From: an uncultured bacterium
GTDB lineage: Bacteria; Acidobacteriota; Thermoanaerobaculia; Multivoradales; JAHZIX01
DNA length: 64,000 nucleotides
Direction: 5' to 3'
NCBI GenBank assembly: GCA_965368975.1
Contig: CBDUPA010000002.1
Coordinates: forward strand, 524,757-588,756
The notes under the pieces are model-generated. The model was not told where the DNA came from. It saw only the letters and a list, made by a program, of their open reading frames with translations, and searched no databases. Below are positions 49,156-60,821 of the stretch, piece by piece. Within the stretch, counting starts at the first letter, position 1. Every line of letters starts with the position of its first letter. A program made the translations under genes and the position numbers.

Positions 49156-49602
49156 TCAGCTCTTCGCTAGCCTGGCGTCGACGGAGAGAGCCCCGGCGCC
49201 GCGCAGCACGATGGCTAGGGCCATGCCGATCACCAACAAGTGGTACTCGAAGCCCTCGCCCTGCTGGCTGCCGTACCAGTTCATGAAGAAGCCATGCTGC
49301 GCATGGACGGTGAAGATGGCACCGAGCATGATGGGGATAAGGCCTGCGGCAGCAGGGCGCGCGAGGGCACCGATGGCGAGTCCGATAGGAGCGAGGAATT
49401 CACCGAAGATCACCAGCACAGCAATGATGGCCGGTAGGCCCATCGTTTCGGTGAAGAAGTTCAGAGTGCCGGAGAAGCCGTAGCCACCGAACCAGCCGAG
49501 CACCTTCTGGGCGCCGTGCGGGAACATCACCAGTGCCAGGGTGAGGCGTAGGATCAGAGAGGCGTAGTCGCGATCATCGGTCCGAAGTAGCTTGTTCCAC
49601 AT
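49156..49602 (-). CDS. DoxX family membrane protein
   Basis: LRLTLALVMFPHGAQKVLGWFGGYG, HGFFMNW and GEGFEYHLL. Confidence 0.92.
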   Translation of the reverse strand: MWNKLLRTDDRDYASLILRLTLALVMFPHGAQKVLGWFGGYGFSGTLNFFTETMGLPAIIAVLVIFGEFLAPIGLAIGALARPAAAGLIPIMLGAIFTVHAQHGFFMNWYGSQQGEGFEYHLLVIGMALAIVLRGAGALSVDARLAKS

Positions 49603-49680
49603 GGGTTTTCCTTCCTATCTGGGTAGCGACCTTCAAAGATGAGGTCGTGTCGTTTCCGAGTCGTTCGGCTCAAGTGCGGG

Positions 49681-50160
49681 TCAAGGGTCCGGGTTGCCGT
49701 GCCGGATGGCATCGAGCATCCGAATCAGAGTCTTCTGGTCTTCCTGACTGAGCATCGCCATGCACGTATCGTCGAGCGCGTCGACGGGAGGCTGGAGAGC
49801 ATCGAGTCGATCGAGCCCCGCCTGCGTGATCGAGCAGAGGACTTGACGGCGATCGGCGGTGCAGCGCTCGCGCCTCACCCAGCCTTTGGCTTCCAGACGG
49901 TCCAGCATGCGTGTCACGCCCGGCGTCTTCTCCACCATGCGCTCGGCGATGGTGAGGGTCGGTACGGCTTTGCTCGCGCCCCGCAGGATGCGCAGCACGT
50001 TGTACTGCTGGAAAGTCACGCCTTCAGCCTCCATCACCTCCGCGAAGCGGCGGCGCAGCAGGTCGGCGGTGCGGAACAGGGCCAGCGTCGCTTCCTGGCT
50101 ACGTGACCGGAAAGGCTTGCTCTGCTGAATCTCGCGTCGAATGGAGCCGGTGTCGTTCAT
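49681..50160 (-). CDS. MarR family transcriptional regulator
   Basis: TFQQYNVLRILRG, VTRMLDRLEAKGWVRR and DRRQVLCSIT..G. Confidence 0.92.
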   Translation of the reverse strand: MNDTGSIRREIQQSKPFRSRSQEATLALFRTADLLRRRFAEVMEAEGVTFQQYNVLRILRGASKAVPTLTIAERMVEKTPGVTRMLDRLEAKGWVRRERCTADRRQVLCSITQAGLDRLDALQPPVDALDDTCMAMLSQEDQKTLIRMLDAIRHGNPDP

Positions 50161-50168
50161 GATGGGGA

Positions 50169-50197
50169 ACTATACAGAGCAAACATTGACATGTCAA
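50169..50197 (-). promoter_or_regulatory. Sigma70 promoter of marR-doxX overlapped by a palindromic operator
   Basis: Minus strand TTGACA (50197-50192), 17 nt, TATAGT (50174-50169); perfect palindrome TTGACATGTCAA at 50186-50197. Confidence 0.75.
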
Positions 50198-50351
50198 CAA
50201 TTGACTGTGCCGCCTTCTTTTGGAGCTCGGACTTGTACCTCGACGCGATGTCCGGTGGCGGAACGGGGCAGTGTTCGGACACGCGACAATCAGGCTGGTG
50301 CGGCAGGCCGCAAAACAGCCAAGTGTGCATCTTGTAGTGACTTAGATTATC

Positions 50352-50367
50352 TGGCACAACCTCTGCT
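50352..50367 (+). promoter_or_regulatory. Candidate sigma54 (-24/-12) promoter for the permease pair
   Basis: TGGCACAACCTCTGCT has exact GG-N10-GC spacing, lies about 50 nt before the ATG and follows an AT-rich tract. Confidence 0.5.
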
Positions 50368-50416
50368 ATAGAACAGCGGGACCATCGTGATGCCAAGTTC
50401 CCGGAGGAGTAACAAC

Positions 50417-52834
50417 ATGCTGCAAGATCTTCGCTATGCCGTTCGCTCGCTCGTCAAGAGACCCGGCTTCACCGCCATCGCGGTGCTCACGCTGGCTCTC
50501 GGTATCGGTGCGACGAGTGCTATTTTCAGCGTGGTGGACGCGGCACTGCTGCGTCCCCTGCCGTACGAGGATTCCCACGAGCTCGTGCTGCTCTGGCAGA
50601 CGGACCGGCACAACGACGAGCGACGAGCCCCGGCGTCGATCCCTGATTTCGAGGACTGGCGACAGCAAGGTACGTCGTTCGAAGGGATCGCGGGCTGGAC
50701 GACGGGTTCGGCCAATCTCGTCGACCGCGGGGCGGAACCGCGACCAGAACGGCTCAGCGTCGGTGCGGTCTCGACCAGCATGTTCTCACTGCTCGGCGTG
50801 CAGCCCGCACTTGGGCGAACCTTCACCACCGAAGAAGACGAGCCTGGCAGTCAACCGGTGGCTCTGCTCAGCCACGGGCTCTGGCAGCGACGCTTCGGCG
50901 AGGATCCCGGCGTGCTCGGCCGCGACCTGGATCTCGATGGTCAGCTCTTCCAGATCATCGGCGTCATGCCGTCCAAGCCGTTGGTGCCCGAGGCGGACCT
51001 GTGGACACCGCTGTGGACACGCACGGAAGCAACTCGAAACATCCGCGGCGTGCACAATCTGCTGGTACTCGGTCGCCTGCGCGCGGGAGTCGACCTGGAC
51101 AGCGCACAGCAGGAGATGAGCACCATCATGGTACGGCTGGAAGACGCGTATCCGGAGGACAATGCCAACCGTGGTGCCTTCGTCGAGCCACTGTACGAGG
51201 GCGTGGTGCGGACGTCACGGCCAGCGCTGCTGCTGCTCAGCGGGGCCGTCGCGCTGGTGCTGCTACTGGCCTGCGCCAACGTCGCCAACCTGTCGTTGTT
51301 GCGTGCGTCCTCACGCCGGGCAGAGCTGGCACTGCGCAGCACGCTGGGAGCCAGCCGCGGCCAACTCTTGCGTCAGCTGCTCACGGAGAGTCTGCTGTTG
51401 GGAATCATGGGGGGCGTTTCCGGCCTGCTCCTCGCGGCCTGGCTACTCGACGGCTTCCTGGCACTGCTACCGCCAAGCCTGGGAGGTCTCGACGCGGTGG
51501 GACTCGACCTGCGGGTGGTGGGCTTCGCGGCGGCGGCCTCGGTGCTCGCCGGCCTGCTGGTCGGTCTGCTGCCCGCTTGGCAAGCTTCGCGCCGCGACCT
51601 GCGCTCGGTGATGCAGGCTGGTGGACGGGGAGGCCAGGGACGAGACGGAAGCCGCCTGCGCTCCAGTCTGGCAGCCCTCCAGCTGGCCGTGGCACTGGTG
51701 CTGTCGATCGCAGCAGGCCTGCTGCTGCAGAGCTTCAGCCGCCTGCTCGACGTCCAGCCGGGCTTCCAGCCCCAGAAGCTGGTGTCGATGAACTTGCAGC
51801 TGCCCGAGACCCGCTATCCGTTCCCCGAGCAGTACCCGAACTGGACGTCGGCCACTCAGTTCTTCGACCAGGTGCTGACGGAAACCCGGCAGGTGCCCGG
51901 GGCCGTCAGCGTCGCACTGGCGCACCAGGGACCGACAAACGCCGGCTGGACGACGCGCGTCACCATCGATGGCCGACCGCAGGTCGAGGCGGACCGGTTC
52001 ACTGAGGAGGTTCTGCGTCCCGTGACGCCGGAATACTTCCGCACGGCTGGCATCCCGCTGCTGCAGGGTCGCGACCTGGAGGCCTCGGATCGACAGGACA
52101 GTCCGAAGGTTGTAGTGGTCAACCGAGCCTTCGCTGACCAGTACTTCGAGGAAGGCGAGACCGCCGTCGGAGCGGCGCTCACTTTCTGGGGGCAATCACG
52201 GCGCATTGTCGGCGTGGTCGACAACGTGCGCTTCCGAGGTGTCGGCGAGAAGGTGGTGCCCGCGATGTACCCGCCGCTGACACAGGCACCGATGGGGAAC
52301 TTCCAGCTCCTGGTGCGCACCGCCGGTGAACCCACGGCACTCGCCCCTGAACTACGAGCGGCAATCTGGAGCATCGATCCGGAGCTGGCGGTGTTCGGCG
52401 TCACTTCGCTCGAAGATGCGCTTACCGGCGGCCTGGCACAGCCGCGCTTCCAGGCGTTGTTGGTGGGCCTCTTCGGCCTCGTCGCTTTGGGGCTAGCGGC
52501 GCTCGGCGTCTACGGCGTGGTCGCCTTCGGCGTCAGCCAGCGCTTCCGTGAGTTCGGTATCCGGCTAGCCCTGGGCGCACGGCCAGGGCGCGTGCAGCGC
52601 CAAGTCATCGTCGATGGCCTGCGGCTCGGCGGTCTCGCCATCGGCCTGGGAGTGGTGGCGGCTCTGGCCTTGAACCGTTGGCTGGCCGGCCTGCTCTATG
52701 GTGTCGCCGGCTCCGACCCCTTGACGTTGACGGCGGCGGCCGGCTTGCTGCTGCTCGTGACCCTGGTCGCCTGCTATCTACCTGCTCGTCGGGCCGCGTC
52801 GATCGATCCGGTGCAGACGCTGCGCTACGAGTGA
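50417..52834 (+). CDS. ABC permease, duplicated MacB/FtsX type (ADOP-like)
   Basis: [47 protein letters not shown] and [10 protein letters not shown]; GGAGG RBS. Confidence 0.92.
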   Translation: MLQDLRYAVRSLVKRPGFTAIAVLTLALGIGATSAIFSVVDAALLRPLPYEDSHELVLLWQTDRHNDERRAPASIPDFEDWRQQGTSFEGIAGWTTGSANLVDRGAEPRPERLSVGAVSTSMFSLLGVQPALGRTFTTEEDEPGSQPVALLSHGLWQRRFGEDPGVLGRDLDLDGQLFQIIGVMPSKPLVPEADLWTPLWTRTEATRNIRGVHNLLVLGRLRAGVDLDSAQQEMSTIMVRLEDAYPEDNANRGAFVEPLYEGVVRTSRPALLLLSGAVALVLLLACANVANLSLLRASSRRAELALRSTLGASRGQLLRQLLTESLLLGIMGGVSGLLLAAWLLDGFLALLPPSLGGLDAVGLDLRVVGFAAAASVLAGLLVGLLPAWQASRRDLRSVMQAGGRGGQGRDGSRLRSSLAALQLAVALVLSIAAGLLLQSFSRLLDVQPGFQPQKLVSMNLQLPETRYPFPEQYPNWTSATQFFDQVLTETRQVPGAVSVALAHQGPTNAGWTTRVTIDGRPQVEADRFTEEVLRPVTPEYFRTAGIPLLQGRDLEASDRQDSPKVVVVNRAFADQYFEEGETAVGAALTFWGQSRRIVGVVDNVRFRGVGEKVVPAMYPPLTQAPMGNFQLLVRTAGEPTALAPELRAAIWSIDPELAVFGVTSLEDALTGGLAQPRFQALLVGLFGLVALGLAALGVYGVVAFGVSQRFREFGIRLALGARPGRVQRQVIVDGLRLGGLAIGLGVVAALALNRWLAGLLYGVAGSDPLTLTAAAGLLLLVTLVACYLPARRAASIDPVQTLRYE

Positions 52835-52883
52835 ACGTACTGGCTCTTGCCTGAAACCGAACCGAACTTCCGAGGTCGTCATC

Positions 52884-55280
52884 ATGTACATCTGGCTTCA
52901 AGACATTCGCCAAGCCCTGCGCCGCCTGGCCGCTCGGCCCGGCTTCACCGCTGTCGCCGTGCTCACACTGGCGGTGGGGATCGGCGCCAACAGCGCCATC
53001 TTCTCTGTGGTCGATGCGCTTTGGCTGCGCTTCTTCAATCTGCCGAACGCGGATCGCATGGTCGTGCTGTGGGGCTTCTTCCCAGGGCAGCTGGAGATGC
53101 CACTGTCGCTGCCGGATTACCGTGACTACCGCGATCAGAACACGTCGTTCGAACACCTCGCGGCCTACCGCGCCGACGGCGTGACGCTGGTCGAGAACGA
53201 GGGCGGCGTGCGTCTGACGGTGGCGGAAGCGAGCGCCAGTATCGCCGAGGTGGTGGGCTTCCGGCCACTGCACGGGCGCTTCTTCAACACCGAGGATGAC
53301 CGCGTCGAGGCGCCGCCAGTCGCCGTGCTCAGCTACAGCTTGTGGCGCGACCGCTTTGGCTCGGACACCAAGGTGATCGGCGAAACCCTCACCTTCGATG
53401 GTCAACCGACGACGGTGATTGGCGTCGTGCCCGATCTGCGCCTCGAGTTTCTCGGCATGCCGGAGTTGTGGATGCCCCTGGCGCACACCGATCCAGCCCT
53501 GGACGACCGCGGTCGGCGTTCCAACACGATGGCGACGGGGCTGCTGAAGGAGGGCGTCACGATCGAGCAGGCACGCACCGACGTGCAGGCCATCGCCGCC
53601 CGCCTGGCAGCGGAGTACCCGGAAAACAACTACGACACGTCCGCTGGGGTCGCGCTGATGCGTGACCGCCTGATGCAAGATTACAAGCCGGCCCTGCAGT
53701 TGCTGTGGGGCGCGGTGCTGCTGGTGTTGTTGATCGCCTGCGCCAACGTGGCCAACCTGCTGCTGGCCCGCGGCGCGGAGCGGCGTCGAGAGCTGGCCGT
53801 GCGAACCTCGCTGGGTGCCGGCCGCAGGCGTCTGCTACGACTGCTGCTCAGCGAGAGCCTGACCCTCGCGATCGCTGGCGGCGCTGGTGGCCTGCTGCTG
53901 GCGCTGTGGGCCATCGACGCACTGGGCAGTGTCGCGCAGCGTTTCTCTCCCGGTCACGCCGTCAGCCTGGATGGCCGTGTCCTCGGCTTCACCCTGACCT
54001 TGACGCTGGCCACCGGCTTGCTGTTCGGCTTGGCGCCGGTGTTCCAGGCCTGGCGTCTCGACGTACAGAACGTGCTCAAGGACGGCGGCTCGGGCGGTGA
54101 CCGTCGCGGTCAGTGGCTGCGCCAGCTGCTGGTGGCGGGCCAGGTGGCGCTGGCGGTCGTCTTGTCTATCGCCGCCGGCCTGCTGGCGCACAGCATGTGG
54201 CAACTGCAGAATAGCGATCCCGGATACCGTACCGATGGCGTCCTGACCGCGCAGCTGACACTCAAGCCGTCGGACTACGACGAGGCCGGCATGCTCAACT
54301 TCACCCAGGCGCTGCTGCCGGAACTGCAGGCCCTGCCAGACGTGGAGACCGCGGCCTTTGGCTATCCGGCCCCCCTGAGTCGGAGTCGCTCGGGTAGCAA
54401 CTTCCAGCCGGACACGATCGAGAGCAGCGAGCCCGGTGACCAGCCTTCGATCTCCTTCCACATCGTCAGCCCTGAGTACCTGGAAGCGCTGCAGATCCCC
54501 CTGCTGCGCGGTCGCTGGTTCAGTCCGCAGGACGCCGTCGACAGCCCAGGAGTTGCGGTGATCGACCGCCTGACCGCCGAGCGCTACTGGCCAGATATGG
54601 ACCCCCTCGGCCGACGCCTCAAGCGCGGCGGAGGTGAGTGGCTGGAGGTGGTCGGCGTGGTGGAGAGCGTCCACTACATGCGGCTCGACGGCGAACCAGA
54701 ACCCTGCCTGTACTTCCCGCTGGCACAGAACCCAACATCGTTCCTCGGCATCGTGCTGCACAGCCGTGGCGGCGACGCAGCGGCGCTCACTGGCTCGGTG
54801 CGCGCCGCAGTATCCCGCCTAGATCCGAGTCTGCCGCTGGAGAACAACGCCACGCTCACCGAGCGCGTCGCACAGCACAGCCGCAGTCGCCGCTATCCGG
54901 CGCTGATGCTCGGCCTGTTCGCCATCCTCGCGCTCAGCCTAGCGGCCGTCGGCATCTATGGCGTCGTGTCCTACAGCGTCACCCGTCGCACGCGCGAGAT
55001 CGGCCTACGCATGGCCCTCGGCGCCCGCCGCGATCAGGTGATGCGTGGCGTCCTCGGCCAGGGCCTGCGGCTGTCGCTCAGCGGCGCGGCTATCGGCTTG
55101 CTCGCCGCAGTCGGGCTGAGTCGATTCCTGGAAAGCCTGCTCTACCAGGTCGAACCCCTCGACCCGAGCACCTTCGCCACCGTCGCTGCGGGCCTGGTCG
55201 TGATCGCGCTGCTGGCCGGTTATCCCGCTGCCCGGCGCGCGGCGCGGGTCGAGCCGATGACAGCGTTGCGTTACGAGTAA
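52884..55280 (+). CDS. ABC permease, duplicated MacB/FtsX type (ADOP-like), paralogue
   Basis: [36 protein letters not shown] and ARRAARVEPM.ALRYE. Confidence 0.92.
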   Translation: MYIWLQDIRQALRRLAARPGFTAVAVLTLAVGIGANSAIFSVVDALWLRFFNLPNADRMVVLWGFFPGQLEMPLSLPDYRDYRDQNTSFEHLAAYRADGVTLVENEGGVRLTVAEASASIAEVVGFRPLHGRFFNTEDDRVEAPPVAVLSYSLWRDRFGSDTKVIGETLTFDGQPTTVIGVVPDLRLEFLGMPELWMPLAHTDPALDDRGRRSNTMATGLLKEGVTIEQARTDVQAIAARLAAEYPENNYDTSAGVALMRDRLMQDYKPALQLLWGAVLLVLLIACANVANLLLARGAERRRELAVRTSLGAGRRRLLRLLLSESLTLAIAGGAGGLLLALWAIDALGSVAQRFSPGHAVSLDGRVLGFTLTLTLATGLLFGLAPVFQAWRLDVQNVLKDGGSGGDRRGQWLRQLLVAGQVALAVVLSIAAGLLAHSMWQLQNSDPGYRTDGVLTAQLTLKPSDYDEAGMLNFTQALLPELQALPDVETAAFGYPAPLSRSRSGSNFQPDTIESSEPGDQPSISFHIVSPEYLEALQIPLLRGRWFSPQDAVDSPGVAVIDRLTAERYWPDMDPLGRRLKRGGGEWLEVVGVVESVHYMRLDGEPEPCLYFPLAQNPTSFLGIVLHSRGGDAAALTGSVRAAVSRLDPSLPLENNATLTERVAQHSRSRRYPALMLGLFAILALSLAAVGIYGVVSYSVTRRTREIGLRMALGARRDQVMRGVLGQGLRLSLSGAAIGLLAAVGLSRFLESLLYQVEPLDPSTFATVAAGLVVIALLAGYPAARRAARVEPMTALRYE

Positions 55281-55298
55281 GGAGGCACAGCTTCGAGC

Positions 55299-56753
55299 TC
55301 AGCAAGCCGCCAGCGCTTCGAGCACGCGCCGCGGCATGGCGTCGAAGGAACCGGACGACATGGTGACGACGACGTCGCCGTCGCGGACCAGATCGAGCGT
55401 GCGCGCCAGGACTTCGTCGTTGGACGCGCACGTCTCGGCCTGCACCCCGTCTTCGCGCAGCGCGGCACTCAGGGCGTCGACATCGAGCCGCTGGTCGTCG
55501 CTGAGACGCTGTGCATGGAAGACCGGGGCCAGCAACACGACGTCGGCGTGCCCGAAGGCTTGCCGGTAGCCGTCCTGGAACAGCAGGCGGGCAGCAGACA
55601 GGCTGCGCGGCTCGAAGAGGGCGAGCACGCGGCGGTTCGGATAGCGGTGACGCAAGGCACTCAACGAGGCGGCGACAGCGGTGGGGTGGTGGGCGAAGTC
55701 GTCGACCACCGTGATCCCGGAAGCGGGTCCACTGGCAACCGTACCGAGTTCTTCCAGGCGCCGCTTGGCGCCGCGGAAGGCGGCCAAGGCGGCGGCGACT
55801 TGGTCTGCTGGGAGACCGTCGCGGCGGGCTGCGGTCCACACGCCGAGGGCGTTGAGTACATTGTGGCGACCCGGGACCTGCAATTCGACATCGACTTCTC
55901 CGGCCTGCGGGTCCACCAAGCGGAAGCGAGACCCCCAGGGACCTTCGTCGATGCCGTCGAGCGGGTGCACATCGTTGCTGCGGTCGAAGCCGTAGGTGCA
56001 CACGCGGGCGGCGAGTGCTGGTTGGCGCGACACCAAGGCCCGCAACTCTGAGCTATCGCCGTAGCCAACGATCAAGCCATCAGCCGGTACCAGTTCCAGC
56101 AACTTGCGGTACGCATCGAGCAGGGCGCGATGACTGGGATAGAGGTCCGCGTGGTCGTACTCGACGCTCGTCAGGATGAGGGTTTCCGGCTGGTAGTGCA
56201 GGAACTTGGGACCGCGGTCGAAGTAGGAGGCGTTGTACTCGTCGCCCTCGACGATGAAGCGCTCGCCTGTGCCGAGGTGGAAGCTGCGCGGCAAGTCTCG
56301 GGGCATGCCACCGATCAGATAACCGGGATCAGCACCGCATTGGGCGTAGACCCAGGAGGCCAGCGTGGTGGTCGTGGTCTTGCCATGGGTTCCGGCAACC
56401 ACCAGCGGGCGGCGGCCGGAGAGCAAGAAGCGAGCGATGGCCTGCGGCATCGAGATGCGCGGCAGCCCCAGCTCTTCGGTGCGCTCGGCTTCCGGGTTGT
56501 GGCGCGGCACGGCATTGCCGACGATCACCAGATCGGGAGCGGGACGATCTTCGCCAGACAATGAACTCGGCCCGGCGTCTACGTGCGCGGCGTCGAAGCC
56601 GACGAGCGGCTGGATGCCACAGCCCTCGAGCAGCGTGCTCATGGGCGGGTAGAGCGGCCCGTCCGAACCTCGGACGTCATGGCCCAGCTCTTGCAGGAGA
56701 CACGCAAGCGGCGCCATGCCGGTGCCGCCAATCGCGATACAATGGATGGTCAT
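55299..56753 (-). CDS. mpl: Murein peptide ligase (Mpl/MurC family)
   Basis: IAIGGTGM, YPPMST, AGTHGKTTTT, EGDEY..YFDRGPKFLHY, DHAD, DDFAHHPT and FEPRS; alternative start at 56786. Confidence 0.88.
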   Translation of the reverse strand: MTIHCIAIGGTGMAPLACLLQELGHDVRGSDGPLYPPMSTLLEGCGIQPLVGFDAAHVDAGPSSLSGEDRPAPDLVIVGNAVPRHNPEAERTEELGLPRISMPQAIARFLLSGRRPLVVAGTHGKTTTTTLASWVYAQCGADPGYLIGGMPRDLPRSFHLGTGERFIVEGDEYNASYFDRGPKFLHYQPETLILTSVEYDHADLYPSHRALLDAYRKLLELVPADGLIVGYGDSSELRALVSRQPALAARVCTYGFDRSNDVHPLDGIDEGPWGSRFRLVDPQAGEVDVELQVPGRHNVLNALGVWTAARRDGLPADQVAAALAAFRGAKRRLEELGTVASGPASGITVVDDFAHHPTAVAASLSALRHRYPNRRVLALFEPRSLSAARLLFQDGYRQAFGHADVVLLAPVFHAQRLSDDQRLDVDALSAALREDGVQAETCASNDEVLARTLDLVRDGDVVVTMSSGSFDAMPRRVLEALAAC

Positions 56754-56876
56754 GGGTACGTCAGCCACGGCGGTAGAGTCTATCATTCAACCCCGGCGGT
56801 GCCTTCCGGACGCCCACCAACACCCCCCTAGCTTCCGGAGCGATAGATCCAGCAAGCCAGACAAGGAGTTCAGTCG

Positions 56877-57920
56877 ATGAAATCTCTAACCGTTAGTGCC
56901 GTTTTGACACTTGCCGTCCTGCTGGGGGCCGCCACCCCTGGCGCCGTGGCTCAGGATGCGGCAGCCCCGGCGACCCCCGCCATCGCCAAGCCGAAGGCGC
57001 TCGCCGTGTTGCCGGTCCAGGACCTGGGCAAGGTGTCGGTCGGTGAGACCCTCGAGGTCGACTTCGAGATCCGCAACGGCGGTGAAGTCGAGCTGCAGAT
57101 CACCGAAGTACGCCCCGCCTGTGGGTGCACGGTCGTCGAGTATGACGCCGCCATTCCGCCGGGTCAGGTGGGCAAGGTGCACGCGTCCCTCGACACGTCC
57201 AACCTCAACGGCCCGGTGAGCAAGACGATCACCGTCTTCACCAACGACCCGGAGAACCCGGCGTTGGTGCTCACACTGGCCGCCGAGGTCCATCCGTTCA
57301 TCGCTGCCATGCCCGGGTACGCCCGCTTCATCACGGTGCAGGGCGAGGGCGAAGGTCGCGTGGCCCAGAATCTGTGGTCCAAGGACGGTCAGCCGATGAA
57401 GGTTCTTGGTGTCGACTCTCCGTCGCCATTCCTGACTGCCGAGTACCGCATTGCCAGCGAGGAAGAGCTGCACGCCCAGGGTGAGGGCGAACAGTGGCTG
57501 GTCGAGTTGGTGCTGAAGGAGAACGCACCGGTAGGTGCGATCAACGACTACGTCACCATTCTGGTCGAGCACCCCCAGCAGTCGAAAGTACGGTTGCCGG
57601 TGTCCGGCTTTGTGCGCCCGATCCTGGCAGTCACACCTCCGATCGCCGACTTCGAGGAGATCGAAGTTGTAGAGCCACTGCGCGCCAGCCTGCAGGTTCG
57701 CAGCTTCGCCAGCGAAGACATCCAGCTCACGTCCATCGAGAGTTCGATCGAAGCGGTCCAGGCCGAGATCGTGCCGGTCGAGCCAGGGCGACGCTACCAG
57801 CTGCGCGTCGTGGTCAACCCGGGAATCGCCAAGGGCCCGTTCGAGGGTATGCTGACGATCAAGACAGACAACGCCAAGGTCCCCGAGCTGCGGGTCGAAC
57901 TCAAGGGCACCGTCATCTGA
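56877..57920 (+). CDS. Exported DUF1573 (Ig-like) domain protein
   Basis: Signal peptide, F.IRN.G..ELQI.EVRPACGCT and KTITVFTNDPENP; AAGGAG RBS. Confidence 0.8.
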   Translation: MKSLTVSAVLTLAVLLGAATPGAVAQDAAAPATPAIAKPKALAVLPVQDLGKVSVGETLEVDFEIRNGGEVELQITEVRPACGCTVVEYDAAIPPGQVGKVHASLDTSNLNGPVSKTITVFTNDPENPALVLTLAAEVHPFIAAMPGYARFITVQGEGEGRVAQNLWSKDGQPMKVLGVDSPSPFLTAEYRIASEEELHAQGEGEQWLVELVLKENAPVGAINDYVTILVEHPQQSKVRLPVSGFVRPILAVTPPIADFEEIEVVEPLRASLQVRSFASEDIQLTSIESSIEAVQAEIVPVEPGRRYQLRVVVNPGIAKGPFEGMLTIKTDNAKVPELRVELKGTVI

Positions 57921-57938
57921 CGTCTTCTTTGGCCTTGG

Positions 57939-57985
57939 GCCCAAAAAAAAGAGAGCGGCCGAGTGGCCGCTCTTTTTCTTTGGGC
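57939..57985. terminator. Bidirectional intrinsic terminator
   Basis: AAAAAAAAGAGAGCGGCC-GAGT-GGCCGCTCTTTTTCTTT between convergent genes. Confidence 0.9.
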
Positions 57986-58023
57986 GTTTCTTTCGCAGAG
58001 GGTTCGCCCTGCGCCCTAGGCAC

Positions 58024-59628
<1,605 letters not shown>

Positions 59629-59751
59629 GGAGCTTCCTCTGGCTGTCAAGAGTTGACCGTGACGGATACGCGACCAGCTTCGAGTATATCCAGCACTCGG
59701 GACCGGTGCCAGGGCCAGGCACCGTCCTCGGCGGCCCCGGCCGATTACCGC

Positions 59752-60792
59752 TCAGGGCAGGATCCAAGTCCCCGTCTTGCCCTCGAGCGCCGCCGTCAAG
59801 GTGTAGATATCGGTGATCAGCGCACGCCGGCCTCCCTGCTCGACGAAGCGGCAGGCAGCATCGATCTTGGGCCCCATACTGCCGGCGGGAAACTGTCCCT
59901 GCGCCAGGTAGCCCCGGGCCTCGGCAACGGTCAGGGAGTCCAGAGAGCGTTGCTCGGGCGTGCCGAAGTCGAGCATCACCTGCTCGACGCCAGTGAGGAT
60001 GAACAGTTCCGGGGCATCCAGCTCGCGCGCCAGAACGGCGGACGCCAGATCCTTGTCCACCACACCTTCGACCCCGCGCAGCTCTCCGTCTTCGGCGCGC
60101 ACCACCGGTACGCCGCCGCCACCGGTGTCGATGACAAGTGCACCCGCTTCCATCAATTGACGGACTAGCATGCTCTCGACCACCGCCTTGGGCACCGGCG
60201 AAGGCACCACGCGCCGCCAACCGCGGCCGCGGTCTTCCTTCATCATCCAGCCGCGTTCGGCGCTCAGCTGCTGCGCCTGCTCGGCGGTGAACACCGAACC
60301 GACGAACTTGGTCGGCTCGCGCAGCGCTGGGTCGTCAGCGTCGACTTCGACCAGCGTGATCAGCGAGCACACCGGCACGTCCATGCCCTCGCGCAGGAGC
60401 AAGTTGCGCAGCACCAGCTCCATCATGTAGCCCAGACCACCCTGAACGTCGGCCACCATCAGGTCGAGTGGCAGGTCCGGAGCCTGGCCTCGCGCCAGCT
60501 CGACACGCACCATCTGGTTGCCCACCTGGGGACCGTTGCCGTGGGTGAGCGTGATCTGGTAGCCACTCTTCATCAACTCGACGATGTGAGTCAGGCTGCG
60601 GCGCAGGTTTTCCAAATCCTGCGCCACGCTGCCGTCACTCTCGGGCGGTGTGATGGCATTGCCCCCCAAGGCCACCACGGCACGGGGCGGTGAGAGCGGT
60701 CCTTCCAGCACCGGTGGTCTCTGGGCGGCCGTCTGAACGTCCGGGGGACTGGCGGAATTCTGCGTCGCGGTTTCAGCTGGCGTCATTTCCAT
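59752..60792 (-). CDS. arcC: Carbamate kinase
   Basis: VVALGGNA, THGNGPQVG, PTKFVG, WRRVVPSP.P, GGGGVPV, VVDKD and GSMGPKI. Confidence 0.92.
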   Translation of the reverse strand: MEMTPAETATQNSASPPDVQTAAQRPPVLEGPLSPPRAVVALGGNAITPPESDGSVAQDLENLRRSLTHIVELMKSGYQITLTHGNGPQVGNQMVRVELARGQAPDLPLDLMVADVQGGLGYMMELVLRNLLLREGMDVPVCSLITLVEVDADDPALREPTKFVGSVFTAEQAQQLSAERGWMMKEDRGRGWRRVVPSPVPKAVVESMLVRQLMEAGALVIDTGGGGVPVVRAEDGELRGVEGVVDKDLASAVLARELDAPELFILTGVEQVMLDFGTPEQRSLDSLTVAEARGYLAQGQFPAGSMGPKIDAACRFVEQGGRRALITDIYTLTAALEGKTGTWILP

Positions 60793-60821
60793 CGCTCCTA
60801 GAAATCAGAGGAGGATGGATT

